From: Octopus vulgaris
Lineage: Eukaryota
Direction of reading: 5' to 3'
Length of the DNA stretch: 64,000 bases
NCBI GenBank assembly: GCA_951406725.2
Contig: OX597821.1
Span: 83,452,001-83,516,000 of the forward strand
A model generated the notes under the pieces. The model did no database searches. It was not told the DNA's origin and saw only the letters and a program-made list of their open reading frames with translations. Of the stretch, positions 38,850 to 52,312 are shown one piece after another; the stretch's first letter is position 1, and every line of letters begins with the position of its first letter. A program made the position numbers and the translations under genes.

Positions 38850-39700
38850 TGCAGTTTGCTAACATGTCCTCTAATAATAGCATTTTGTCCACAGTTTGAT
38901 AGAATGAAGTCTATCCAAATCCCATACCTCTTCACTTTCAGACATAGTTTCTGATGGTTAACTTTACCAAATGCTTTGAAGAATTCCAAGAAACATTGGA
39001 ATCTATCTGCTCTTTATGATTCATTGATTATGCCAGACTGACCATGAAGATGTCTCACAGAATCGCCATTTTACTGAATCAACAATGGCTATCAGTTGAC
39101 CAAGAATGCATATAAACACACTATATAATATCGCTGCAGATTAGTCATACCAATATTCTTAAAAACCACAGCTGTCAGCAATATTTGTCTATAACTTTTT
39201 ATCTTTGTATTTATCTAGTTTCGCTCGTCTCCCACTGATAGATTATTGCTAGTTTCCAGCCATCAGACGGAGAAATATGGTCTGAAGATCAACGTCTAGC
39301 TAAGAGACAATTTGTCCTGTAATTTCATTAGATATCAAGCAGAAATACTGTCAGACTCATTGGCCATACGAGAATTTATTTTCTCAAGCAATCTTTTTAT
39401 TTCCTTCTTGGGTGATAGAGCTATCTAATGTTCAAGGAATATTTTACTGTGTGCAAAATGGAATGTATCTGTCATCTCTGTGGAATACACACACAAACTA
39501 ATTTCTCAGAACATTGGATTTTATTTCTTCTCCCATCCAATTTACCCGAACTATCATGGCTGGGTAGTTTTTGGAAATGTTGGTACTTTTGGAAAGCAGG
39601 TATGTTTGCAGAGAACCATTGCTGACTGTGTACATTGTCGACCTGCCAGTCAAAGAGACAACAGTTCACATCCTATCATTGATGCTTTTTTATGATTATT
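38850..39700 (-). mobile_element. Highly decayed CR1/Jockey-group LINE RT fragment
   Basis: CFLEFFKAFGKVNHQKLCLKVKRYGI (LDFSKAFDKVxH-like) and EIKRLLEKINSRMANESDSIS (KAxGPD-like). Boundaries approximate. Confidence 0.65.
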
Positions 39701-39791
39701 GCAAAACCACTATTTTTTTTTTTCTGCTGGCTTTGTTGCTTCTGCTCATAAACAGGTACCACTTGTAGGCACAACGACAGAGGTTCTACAC

Positions 39792-40375
39792 CAGGGGTGG
39801 GCGAACTTTTTTGATCGCGGGCCGCACAGTGCGTCTTTGGAACCTTGGCGGGCCTCATTTATAAAAATCAAGTGAAAATATTTTTAAAGGCGGTTATAGA
39901 CCTATAAACACACAATTGATTGAAAGGAAATTTTGTGAAATATTCCTGGTTTAAGTGATTTAATTTATTTTTAGAGTATCGGGTTCATGTTTTTCGGTTA
40001 TTTGCTCCTATAGTTATTTTGGACAGCCTGTTATTGCTTACAAATTGCCAGGAACGGAATTTTCCTAGTAAAATCTGCACTAATTGTGGACAACCACGTC
40101 TTAATATTATGGACAACCATATCTTCACCCGGAAACGTATTTCTCGAAATTTTTCATCGCTTCACAGTAGCTGAAACAAACAAACAGCGGACAATTTTGT
40201 GAAGGCGCGAAACAGTGAACTGAAATAAAATGCAAACTATTGTGAATTACCGTACAACTGAAACAGTTACGAAGTATCTGCATAGAAGTTGGGATTCATA
40301 AAAGCTCTCGGCGGGCCGCATGAAAACCTATGGCGGGCCGCATGCGGCCCGCGGGCCGTAGTTTGCCCACCCCTG
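39792..40375. mobile_element. Young non-autonomous hAT element (584 bp)
   Basis: TIRs CAGGGGTGGGCGAACT / AGTTTGCCCACCCCTG, perfect 8-bp TSD TTCTACAC and repeated subterminal GCGGGCCGC motifs with intact CpGs. Confidence 0.95.
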
Positions 40376-40656
40376 TTCTACACAGTCATTTGAACCTGCA
40401 AGAAATAACAGCCAGCTCTTCTTCCTCAAACCACATCCTTCTATCTTAAAATGGGAAAGACATAGGATTATGTGGTCCTACATACACTGTGCCTGAAAAC
40501 AAAAGACAATTTGGTCACAGCATGAATGCTTGAGTAGAGCTGAATAACAACAACATCTCACAGGGAATACAGAGTATAATTATTAAGTCTTTCATTAGCT
40601 TGTAGTTTTGAGTTCAAATTCTCCAATGTGTCAGTAGAAGATTACACAAAAACTAC

Positions 40657-41175
40657 ATCATCATCATCATCATCATCGTTTAACGTCTGTTTTCCATGCT
40701 AGCATGAGTTGGACATTTCGACCGGGGTCTGGGAAGCCAGGAAGCTGCACCAGGCTGGAGTCAGATCTGGCAGTGTTTCTACAGCTATATGCCCTTCCTA
40801 ACACCAACCACTCCATGAGTGTAGTGGGTGCTTTTTACATGCCACCGGCACAGGTGCCAGGGGAGGCTGGCAATGGACACGATCGGTTGGTGCTTTTTAC
40901 ATGCCACCAGCACGGAAGCCAGTCAAGGCGGCGCTGGCATCAGCCATGTTCGGATGGTGCTATTTACGTGCCACCAGCACGGGTATCACAACTACAATTT
41001 CCATTTGATTTTTATTTTGATGTTGATATACTTGACTCAATAGGTCTCCTCAAGTACAGCTGGTCACCCTACGATCCAAGGTAAGCACAGCAGGCTGTCC
41101 TACGATCCAAGGTACTTTGGATGGGCTGGGGCTGTTATGTGAAGCTGGTGCAGGAAACAGCCATGAACTCACATA
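40657..41175 (-). mobile_element. RTE 3'-end copy with (GAT)n tail, representative of many short copies
   Basis: Matches the 3'UTR of the RTE at 20200-20612. Other copies at 2700-2990, 4684-4838, 18908-19032, 28600-28849, 33412-33860, 53585-53905 and 63422-64000. Confidence 0.85.
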
Positions 41176-41973
41176 ATCAAGAAATATTTTGCAGTGTATC
41201 ATTACATGAAGATGAAGAAGTGAGATGTATTCCAATGAGCCAATATATTACTGAAGTAAATATTATTAAACACAGGTGAGGATGGTCACTTGGCTGAATC
41301 GATACAGCATTGGAAAACATACTTTGTGGTATTTGTTCAAGATCTTTAAATACTGAGTTCAAATCCCACCATGGGCAGCTTTACTTTTCATTCCTCCAGG
41401 GTCAATAAAATAAAGTATCATTCAAGAATGAGGAGGGGGATTCTTACATTCTCATTGATTGCTCTCATTTATAAAAGTCTTCAGTTGTTCAAGGAGCTTC
41501 CATTTAATTATGTATGAAATTCCTTCCTCTTTTAAGTGCCATACACGGCTGGCCAGAAATGTAACGTTGCACCTTTCTGGTATCGTAAAAGAGGACTTGT
41601 GGTTATTCAGGCATTGCTTAAACGGGAGTGTGGATGAGCTAATTGATATATTTTCATGTCTGTGTATTGGATATGATACCACCACTGATGTTTCTTTTGT
41701 TAATTCCAGGTCCGATGTCTTGTTGTTGGTGTTGTTGCTGCTGGTATGAACATATTCCTGGATGTGATTCTAATGGTTCTGTTGTTGCTTGCTTAGCAAC
41801 CATTTCCAGCCGTAATGTTGGTCTTGCTGCTGCCGTCATAACTGTTGGTATTGTTGTCTCTGTGGCCGAGGGCTTTGTAGAAGACACTTGCCCAATGTTC
41901 AACGCAGTGGAACTGAACCCAGAATCACATGATTAGGAAGCAAACTTTCTACCACATAGCAATGCCTGTGCCA

Positions 41974-42008
<35 letters not shown>

Positions 42009-42999
42009 AGTGCAATAGATGACAGGCTTCTTTACAGTTTCTATCTAGCAACTTAATTCATAGGGCATTGGTTAATCCAAAGCAAAAGTAAAAGACACTT
42101 ACCCATGGTGCTATGCAATGTGAAGGAATAAAAAAATTTGTAGTCACTAAGCAAACGTTATAACCGCACTGCCATGTTTGTGTCTGTTTATCTATAGATA
42201 TACACGTATACATACCTATGTATCTATGTATGTATTTACCTATCTTTTATCTTTTACTCGTTTCAGTCATTGGACTGCAGTGATGCCGGGGCACTGCCTT
42301 GTAGAAATTTTAATCAAATGAATCAACTCTAGGACTCATTTTTTTTTAAAGCCTTGTACTTTATTGGTCTCATTTGCCAAACTGCTAAGTTACGGGGACA
42401 TATACACATCAACACCAGTTATCAAACTGTGTCGGAGGACAAACATATATACAAAGATACACACACACATAGATATATATATATATATATGATAGGTACC
42501 TTTCAGTTTCTGTCTACCAAATCATTAACAAGGGTTTGGTCGACTTGAGGCTAAAGTAGAGGACACTTGCCCAAGGCGCCATGCAGTGGGACTGAGCCTG
42601 GAACCACATGGCTGGAAAGTAAACTTTTTAGCACACAGCCACACCTGCACCTATGTATGCACAATGTATACTCACATTTATGCATGTACATTTGTGTATA
42701 TGTATGTGTGCATGTGTGTCATTACATTTACAACACAGAGAATGGTGCTCTTGGTTACTGCTCCTTAACTTAGAGGTTTTGTAGCTAGAGATTAATAAGA
42801 TAGCTACAAGACCTCAAAATATGCACCGGGGTTAGTATGACTGACAAAACCTTCCAGCATGGGTGCCCTAAACGTAGCTACAGTAAAATGGATATCAAAT
42901 TTAAGTCCCACCATTGGAAGCATGAACAAGTGGACGTTACAAAGATGATGGTAGTGGTCATGATGTAATGATGAGGTTATATGGGTTTGTGAATATATG

Positions 43000-43016
43000 C
43001 ATGCATTTATACATAC

Positions 43017-43112
<96 letters not shown>

Positions 43113-43315
43113 ATATATATATACATATATGTATATATACATACATATATATATACATACATGTATATATACATACATATAAACATATATATATATATAT
43201 AAATATATATATACACACACACTCACATATACACTCCCATGCCATGCATAAAAAATATTGTTTCTTATGTATATATGTATGTGTTTGTTTAAATGTGTGT
43301 GTGTGTGTGTATGTA
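43000..43315. repeat. Compound (TA)n/(TACA)n microsatellite
   Basis: Directly visible. Similar tracts at 17088-17262, 21800-21990, 44142-44220, 44532-44602 and 50140-50480 (AAT/GAT). Confidence 0.95.
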
Positions 43316-44149
43316 TAGGAACCAATTTTATTTCAAAGTGTTGGAAAAATTTAACACCTAAAAAACCCAATTAATAGTGTTAATGCATCAACATCAAATC
43401 TCTCTCTTTCTTTCTCTTGATTTTTCTCTTTAAGTAAATATATTTCATTTGAAAAAAAAAATTACATGATTATCAGAATAAATAATTTTTGAAGTAGATA
43501 TTTTCCATATTTTCATCTTTTGTAAATATTCCCTTTTTTTTTTTTGTTTAACCAATTTACCTTTGCAGATTTTATTTGAAATTTGAACTCGATATATAGC
43601 TTAAGAACCAAAAATGATGAAATTATAAAATAATATTTCATAGATAAAAAGAAGATTTATGTTTAAATATCAGCTCCACTTGGGGATTCATTAAAATTTC
43701 AATAAAATGTTTATGCCACTCATAAATATAAACATTATACTTTGATTTTATAAAGGTTCAATAAAATCGCTATACGATTTATACATATGAAAGCAAACAA
43801 TCTTCAGATGTTATGCAGAAAGCCTGAAAGAAAAGTTTTGAAAATTATGCACTCTTATGACGTCTTCTCACCTTAATCCTATTCCTTAGATTTTATTACA
43901 GAAATACTATACAAATTCCTACAGCCTTATGCATACAAGAATGGCATGTAAAGACACAAACATAGCATGTATAGGTACAGGTATGGCTGTGTGGCTAAGA
44001 TGTTCAGTTTGCAACTGTGGTTTAGGGTTCAGTTCTATTGCATGACACCTTGGATAAATATCTGCTATGTTTTTGAGCGAACCACAGTACCTCGTGGAAG
44101 AATCATGGATCTTGCAAGTGAAAAATGTCAGAAACCCTAAATGTATGTA

Positions 44150-44212
<63 letters not shown>

Positions 44213-44527
44213 ATGTATATCATTATTTAGTTTATTTCAAGATTTCTTGCCAATAGAGAAAGAACCGGTTTCTAACCTAGATCCAAGGTTCCTTCATTGG
44301 AATTTCAACATCAGCAACAGGGTATTTTTCTATGTATGTATGTATGTATGTATGTATAGAGTTGTTTGTATAGATTTGTATGTATTCTCATGCATTGTGT
44401 AGGTATTACGCTGGAAACAGCATGTAAACACTAAGACCTTACTTCTTTCTTGATTTCCAAACCATTAATGCTCTATGAAGAGAAAAGAAATACATTCCAT
44501 GAACTTCTTCCAGCAGACATTCCATAT

Positions 44528-44590
<63 letters not shown>

Positions 44591-45794
44591 AGTGTGTGTG
44601 TGTCTGTGCATGAAATGTTGATATGTGAAATAACACCTCTGCAATAAAAAAAAGAAATCTCTGAAAACAGGGGTAGTTGACTGGAAGAACATCTGGTCAT
44701 AGAATTCTACCTCAAATAATCCCTTGTCTAACCATGCTAGCATGAAAAAGTGGACATAAAACGACTGAATATGGTTTAACATATGGCTTAAACATCTTAA
44801 ATAGTAATTCAAGTAATTATATCCCACTCTGTAACCACATCAAAAACAGATGTCAGTGTGTCGACCTACTCTTTAGACCCACTCCCAAAAGTTATCACAT
44901 AAAATAATCACAGTATGTTAATAACTCTCTCCTGAACCAGCCTATTTCTTGTGGCCAGTTGCTCTTCAGCTTGAGGTCAACACTAATAGAACAAACAGCT
45001 GTGACCATCTCGTTCCCTTCCCAAGCACGGTGCACATTTAGAATTATAATATTCAATGTCTTTCCTTTTTGTGATTTTTGTAAGATGGCAGAGTGTAATT
45101 TAAAAGAATTTATAGCTTTGTCTACTTCAAGTTTCACCGTTTCAAAAAAGAATTATTTTCACATTCTCTTGAAGTTTAGAAATTCTTATGATATCAACAA
45201 CAACAATTCTTGCTGGTAAGAATAAATATTCTAAAATGAATAGAGAAATTTGAAGGAGTTCTTTGGTCCAAAAGTAGCACATTTGTTGTGCTTACAGAAG
45301 ATGTAGGTTCAAGTTTCACAGGTAGCCTTTAACTTTTTCAACCCAAAGAGTTTTTTTTTAACCCAATATTTACATACTACAGCAAGTGTTATAGCTTCAT
45401 CTACTTCAAGTTCCAGTATTCCAAAAACAGAATAAAAATATGCATTGTTGACTCTTTGACTCACATTTTTTTATTCTCACAATGCTTCTGATAAAATTTT
45501 CTCAAAACCAAATGAAACATTATATATATACACATACACACATGTCTATATATGTGTGTGAATGTATAGAAACACATACTCATATTATAGACATATATCA
45601 CACACACGCACACACACACACACGCACACACAAAGTGTATGATTAATTTTAATAGCCTTTAAAAAAATGATGATAGTAGCAACAATACATGTGAGATACA
45701 ATCTTATTCTTGATTGTTTCTACTTCTATTATTTCCTTTATTTATTCTCTTTCATCTGTTTTATAATATTGTGATTTATTAGCATCATCATCAC

Positions 45795-45826
<32 letters not shown>

Positions 45827-46127
45827 ATATCATCATCATCATCATTACACACGTTATCTTTAAACTTCTTTTGTACTGCATACTTCAAGCTATTGTAATA
45901 CAGACATGTGTATATGATGTGTTTGTGTGTGTGTGAATTATGTGTGTATGTATATGTATGTGTATAAAATGTGTACATGTATATACATACATAAACACAA
46001 TCTTACACTCACTTTTGGAAAGAAGATGAGTGACACTTAAAAAAATGAAAGCATTCTCGTGAATTTTCTCATGAACTTAAAACACCTTTTTAAATTGAGT
46101 ACGCATGCATGTGTGAGTGTGAGTGTG

Positions 46128-46160
<33 letters not shown>

Positions 46161-46515
46161 GTGTGTGTGCATTTATCTGTGCATTAGTATGTGTGAGTGT
46201 GTGTATGTATCTTTAAATGGATGTGTGTGAACAGAGGGAGGGGTATATGCAACAGTAGCTATTAAGGACTCTTTTCAATCGCTACTTAACTAGAAAGGAC
46301 AGATTCTGTGTGAACTTGAAAGCAAAAAGTAGCAATTAAGATGACATTTCTTCTGCCACCAAAAGACCTCCAACTGCCGAGTAATATTAGCAGTTTAAGT
46401 GAAAGATGCTGACTCATTTATCTCACACCAAGACTGACCAGACCAAATCAGCTTAGATCTACATGGGGGACCATAAAAGGAGCAGCCTGCCATCTTAGTT
46501 TTAGATATCTTAAAC

Positions 46516-46820
46516 CAGTGGTTCCCAAACTTTTACAGGCTGCCACTTCCTTGACCCAGGCCACATTCCTAGTGCCCCCACCAACCATCACTAACACAGA
46601 CCTCCTTCTGAAGCAAATTCAAAGCAACTGTATTTCACAAATAAAAAAAAATTAACTTAATGAACCCATTATTCTATTGTTTTTACATGAGTCGCTAGCC
46701 CATTATCACCCCACTTTTACAGGAATTGCTATCCCATTATCGCCCCACTTTTCTTCAACACCCCTCTTGGAAATTTCCAGTGCCCCCAGAGGGCAATATC
46801 ACCCACTTTGGGAACCACTG
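46516..46820. mobile_element. hAT (Charlie-like) MITE
   Basis: TIRs CAGTGGTTCCCAAA / TTTGGGAACCACTG; TSD tcttaaac / tgttaaac. Confidence 0.9.
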
Positions 46821-47105
46821 TGTTAAACAAATGAGCTGAGAAGCAAATTTTGTGGTTGCAGGCTAAACATATCTTTGGTTGTAACACAACCAATTGATAC
46901 ACCTTAAATGTTCTCAGCAGATTTCACCATTTTGCAGCTCTGCTTCCTTCAAGGTCCATCTTTTTTCCTGGAGTCATTGACCAATTGAAGTCCAGGCTGG
47001 TAATATATACATGACCAATTTTTATGATCTTTATTTTACTGCTGGTCTGACCTATTGCACTATTGTCGTGCTAGATCAGTACCATCAGGGTTATAGTTGA
47101 TTATA

Positions 47106-48344
47106 CAAGATGGTATGAAAAAGTTCCTGGACTTGTTATGTTTAATAAAAAACTACTTATTTACCAAAGTTTTAACATCATCTCCTTCGAAATAGTCACC
47201 TTGTGCAGCAGTCCCACCAGTCCCAGCAATCCTGTCACTTTTGGAATCTAGCCTGGAAGTCATGTTCTGTAAGCAAGTCGAGGACCTTCTGCGATTCACT
47301 CTGGACTTCAACAACAGAGTTAAAAAAGCGACCTTTGAACTGCATTTTCATCTTGAGGAAGAGATGGACGTCTGCAGGTGCTACATCTCATGAATGAGGA
47401 GAGTTTGGTAACAGAATGCATTATCATTGTGAAGAATCCTATTCTTCAAGCTCCACAGATCTCTTGTTGCTTTTACTGAATGTCCTCCCTCAAACACTTC
47501 AAAATGTCACAGCAGAACTCTTAATTGAGGGTGTGGCCCCGGTCGACGAATTCCTGATGCACAATACTGTGTGTGTCAATAAAGAAGATGAGCATGCTCT
47601 TGATATCTACGGCTCTGTTGTGCCTTCTTCAGTCATGGAGATGAAGGCCTCTTCCATTGTGACGACTGCTGCTTTGTCTCATAGACTCAACTCTCATCAC
47701 CAGTGATGATCCTCGACATGAAGAATGGATCATTAGCAGAGACAGAATTTGATATGATGTTTTTTCTGCTCAGTGGTCAACAGGTGGGGGGACAAACTTG
47801 GCAGAGACATGCTGTTCAATTCAGATGTTAAGATTGCCTGCACAGACCCATACAACAGACCAACAACATCAGCAATGTCATTGATTATCCTCCGACAATC
47901 CTCATGCACAAACCGATGAATTTTCACCACACTTTCAGAGGTGATTCTCATGGCAGATCTTCCAGATCACTCATTGTCTTTTCAGGGATGCTCTTCTGCT
48001 TTTGAAGTGCCTGTGCCACTTGAAACATTATGTATGACCCATTGCCTTGTCACCATAAGCTTGCCGAGAATGCTCGATGTCTCTGTAGCAGATTTACCAA
48101 GTTTAACACAAAATTTCATGTTGGCTCTTTGTTCCAACTTCCTGTCCATGACAAAAATCACAGACTACAGCATACATGTGATCACAAAAACACAAATTTT
48201 ACAACTTGTAAAGTAGGCACAGCGATGTCACTTGGTACAGTGCTTCATGAAGGTCACTACTAGCTCTCACTGCATATGTAATCATGTGCTGCCATTTGTT
48301 GGCATACTACAGAACTCGTTTGGGAACTTTTTGATACCACCTTG
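47106..48344 (-). mobile_element. Degenerate mariner of a distinct lineage (irritans-like N-terminus)
   Basis: TIRs CAAG(A/G)TGGTAT(G/C)AAAAAGTTCC with TA flanks. Peptides MDRKLEQRANMKFCVKLGKSATET, VHEDCRRIINDIADVVGLLYGSVQAILTSEL and FKGRFFNSVVEVQSESQKVL. Confidence 0.92.
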
Positions 48345-50153
48345 TATATAGATATATACATTTTTCAAAAGTATGAGGAAACAAAGTCAGAGGGGCACTC
48401 ATCTATAGTTATGTAGTTTAGATGACTGTGTTACAGTGAATAAAAATTAGATTTGTGATTGAATCATTAAGCTAAAATCTTGAGTAATAATCATCATCAT
48501 CATCATCGTTTAACGTCCATTCTCCATGCTAGCATGGGTTATAAAAAAATGTTAAAATTGTAACTTATAAGAATTTTCTAGAGAATGTAGACTTTAATTG
48601 TATTTTTTTCAGTAAAATTTTCACACTCATGACTAATTGATAAGCAGCTTTCTCCATTATAGTATAGGCCGTAGTTCATTCTACCACATGAAACTACTTA
48701 TGGGTAAACTGTTTTAGAAAAACCGGTCAGTAAATTAGTTAATTCTGCTATTTGTATATTATTTTCCACTTGTACATTTATAAGTAAAAGCAATTGTGAA
48801 ATTTGAAACTTCTTTTACCATTTTGTTTATGCATGAGGAAGCTTAGCCAATATATTTCACTGAAGTGTGACACCAATATTGTAAACCAAATTATTATAAA
48901 AGAAAATTCCCTTTGACATTCATGTCTTTCATAAATATTACTAATATACACACAAGTATTCATAAATGTGGCTGCTTTTATGTAGTTATTCAACTGGCTA
49001 GAAATAGCAGCCAAGGATAATGATGAAAACAGAATCTTGACTAGGAAAGGTGCTTATGGAGAAGTCATCAAAGTGAATGTAAATATTGTACACTGTATAG
49101 ACTAAGTTTGTAGGCACAAACATGGCTGTGTAGTTAGGAGACTTGCTTCCCAACCACATGGTCGTGGGTTCAGTTCCACTGCATGGTACCTTGGGCAAGT
49201 GACTTACTATAGCCCTGGGTTGGCCAAAGCCTTGTAAATGGATTTCATAGATGGAAACTGAAAGAAACCTGTCACACGCGCGCGTGTGTGTACATGTATG
49301 TGCGTATGTGTTTGTGTGTACCCTTGTCTAGACATCATGTGATGGTTGTAAATGAACATCATCATCGCACAAGTCAGGTTGTTCATTTCTACTCATCCAT
49401 GAAAAACATGTCTAGCCATGGGGAAAATATTAACTTGCTTAGAAACAGGTGATGGTTGAGGACAGGAACGACATCCAGCTGTTGAAATTTGCTTCATCAA
49501 ATTCCTTCTAACCCATGCAAGCATGAAAAGAAGTGGATTTTAAATCATGATGATGAGGATGATGATGATGACAATCTATTGAGTTTATACAATATGAAAG
49601 AAAATATTTCTACAATAAACACTTTAAATTTTAAAAAAATTTTTATTAGGCCTTCACTGAAGATGACCATCTAAATTTTAGTAATTTACCCAATTAAAGA
49701 AATATATTTTTTTTCTGAAAATGAAAATAGAGGTAAAGTTAATGACTTTCTAATTCTTTCAAAGATGCTTTGTATTTAAACTGAATATATTTTATATCAA
49801 CACAGCATTTTAAATAAACAAACAATTTAAATTTGAAATTTCGCCATCTTGCTGTCAGTGAAGTGAAATGTATTGAGCTAGTAGTAGTAGTAGTGGTGGT
49901 GGTGGTGGTGGTGGTGGTGCTAGTCCTTTCTTCTGTAGGAACATGGCCTGAAATCTTGGGGGAAGACGCTAGCGGATAACATGAACCCTAGAGCCCAAAT
50001 GGTATTTATTTTATTTATCCCAAGAGGATAAAATCGACCTTGGTGGAATGCAAACTCAGAATGTAAAGCCAGAAGAAATGTTGCTAAGCATTTTGTCCAA
50101 CACAGAAACAATTCTGCCAGCTTACCAACTTAATACTAACAATAATAATAATG

Positions 50154-50188
<35 letters not shown>

Positions 50189-51775
50189 CCTTTCTACTAA
50201 AGGCACAAGTCCTGAAATTTTGTATTATGGGGGGACTAGTCGATTATATCAACCCCAGTGTTTCACTGGTACTTAGTTTATTGACCTGTGAAAGGATGAA
50301 AGGCAAAGTCAACCTTGGTGGAATTTGAACTTAGAACATAAAGACAGACAAAATGCCATAAAGCATTTTGCCTGGCATGCTAACGATTCTGCCAGCTCAT
50401 TACCTTAATAATAATAATAATAATAATAATAATGATGATGATGATGATGATGATAATGATAATAATAACAATGATAATAAATCCTGCTTCTAAGTACTTG
50501 AAAGACTGCTGAAAACCTGTGGATACTTAAGGTTACTGGTAGTAACCTGCTACCCACATAATTCCTACCAGAAATAAGACAGAACCTGATCCAAACCAAA
50601 TAATAATAATGATAATAATAATAATAATTCTTTCTACTATAGGCACATGACCTGAAATTGTAGGAGAGGGTGCTAGTTCAATTACTTTGATCCCAGAGCC
50701 TGATACTTATTTCATCAACTCTGAAAAGATGAACGGCAAAGTCAACCTTGGTGGAATTTGAACTCAGAAGATGAAGCTAGATGAAACACTGTCAAGCATT
50801 TTGTCTGAATGCAAATGGTTCTGTTAGCTGGCCAACTTCTTAATAATGATAATGGTTTCAAATTTTGGCACAAGGCCAGCAGGTTTGGGGGAGAGGATAG
50901 TCAATTATATCGACCCCCAAAAGAATGAAAGGCAAAGCTGACCTTGGTGAAATTTGAACTCAGATTGGAAAGATAGACAAAATGCCACTAAGCATTTTGC
51001 CTGGCATGTTAACAATTCTGCCATGTCACGCATATATGGGTTGTGATGCATGTACCTGGGGAGAAATTTGACAAGACAGTCAGTCACCGGCTGACACTCG
51101 CTGACGATACATCGAAGAGGCCAGGGAACAGAAGAAAGAAGACATGCACCCAACACCAGAGCTGAAGACACCTCTGAAAGGGGGGCCCCGCCACGTCAAA
51201 ACGGTAGAGGAGTAGGGGCCAAAACCGGATGTGGTTCCTCCTGATGATGTCTTGAGCTAACTGGATCCTATAAAGGAGCTGTTGTGATAGCAGACCATGA
51301 AACACGGTTGTAATTCCCCAGGTAGTCATGATGGGTATACTGGGCTTCATATACTTGTACCCCAGTGTCACTTTGAAGGCATGCATCGCTCTCTTACTTA
51401 ATAATAATACTATTCCTGACACAGTAGAAGAGTGGCACAACTTCGGAGAGATAACAATATGTTGAAGAAGGGTCAAGCATGAACCATACTGAAAGTATTC
51501 TTGAGAAGATTTTTTCCTAAGATGAGTTAGAAGTGGGTCATTGTGGCCACTTAACACTGAAGCCACTTACTCCAGTTTCTCTCACACTAACTTCCATAGC
51601 AACTGTGTGTGTGTTAGCAGGTGTGAAAGGAAGTGATGAACTATCATCTAAATTCTTATTTGGTTACTAATTGCTCCTTAAACTCTACAGCACAAACTAA
51701 CACACACAAATACATACACAGAGACACATGCATACACACACAGTAAGTAGTATATGTATGTGTGTGTATATATGT

Positions 51776-51818
<43 letters not shown>

Positions 51819-52026
51819 GATATGTATATATATATATAATGTTGAAGCTGGTGAGAACAGCACAAGTACTTCAATAATTTGTCGTGTTTGACAAGTGTAT
51901 GTGTGTGTGTATGTGTGTACATGCTAATGTGTGTATGTGTGTGCATGTGTGTAGTTAAATACAGCCCTGTGTTCATCAAAGTCGTTACTCTTTACAGATT
52001 GATTAACAACTAATCTTTATATTTAC

Positions 52027-52092
52027 ACTGACGAAGAGGGCTGGGATGAGATGATGAAGAAGGGGCAGCATTCCTTGCCTTTGCAACTCCAT
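52027..52092 (-). CDS. Candidate first coding exon of a hypothetical nested gene (signal-peptide-like)
   Basis: ATG about 125 nt downstream of an Inr-like site. Encodes MELQRQGMLPLLHHLIPALFVS, followed by donor |gtaaat (alternative |gtcagt, also phase 0). Lies in a unique, non-repeat island. No homology recognised. Confidence 0.3.
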
Positions 52093-52209
52093 TATAGATT
52101 GTGACAGAAAGGTCGATATAGATGATGTTTAGCTTCAATATTTACAGGTTGGAAAATGTGGCGAGGGAAGGGGGGGGCTTCTGAAGGTTTCCTTTCTGGG
52201 GTGGGGGAG

Positions 52210-52312
52210 AGAGAATGACTGGATTAAACGCTCTTAATATAAGGTCTTGGAGGTTGAGTCACATGACAGATAATAAGGGAAGGAGAGTTAGATTGGACAC
52301 AGGTGTCACATG
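52210..52312 (-). promoter_or_regulatory. Promoter-like motif cluster
   Basis: On the minus strand: CCAAT (52292-52296), two CACATG E-boxes (GTCACATGAC 52258-52267 and ~52304-52312), AP-1 TGAGTCA (52255-52261), imperfect TATA TATATTAA (52241-52234) and Inr TCATTC (52218-52213). Confidence 0.4.

Noticed and set aside
45742-45978. Poly-Asp ORF
   Set aside because: A (CAT)n microsatellite flanked by TG repeats; no convincing splice context.
46012-51602. Other micro-exon candidates (46074/46034-46012, 49853-49826, 51602-51571)
   Set aside because: Some have good donors, but several mutually incompatible phase solutions exist and cannot be resolved without RNA data.
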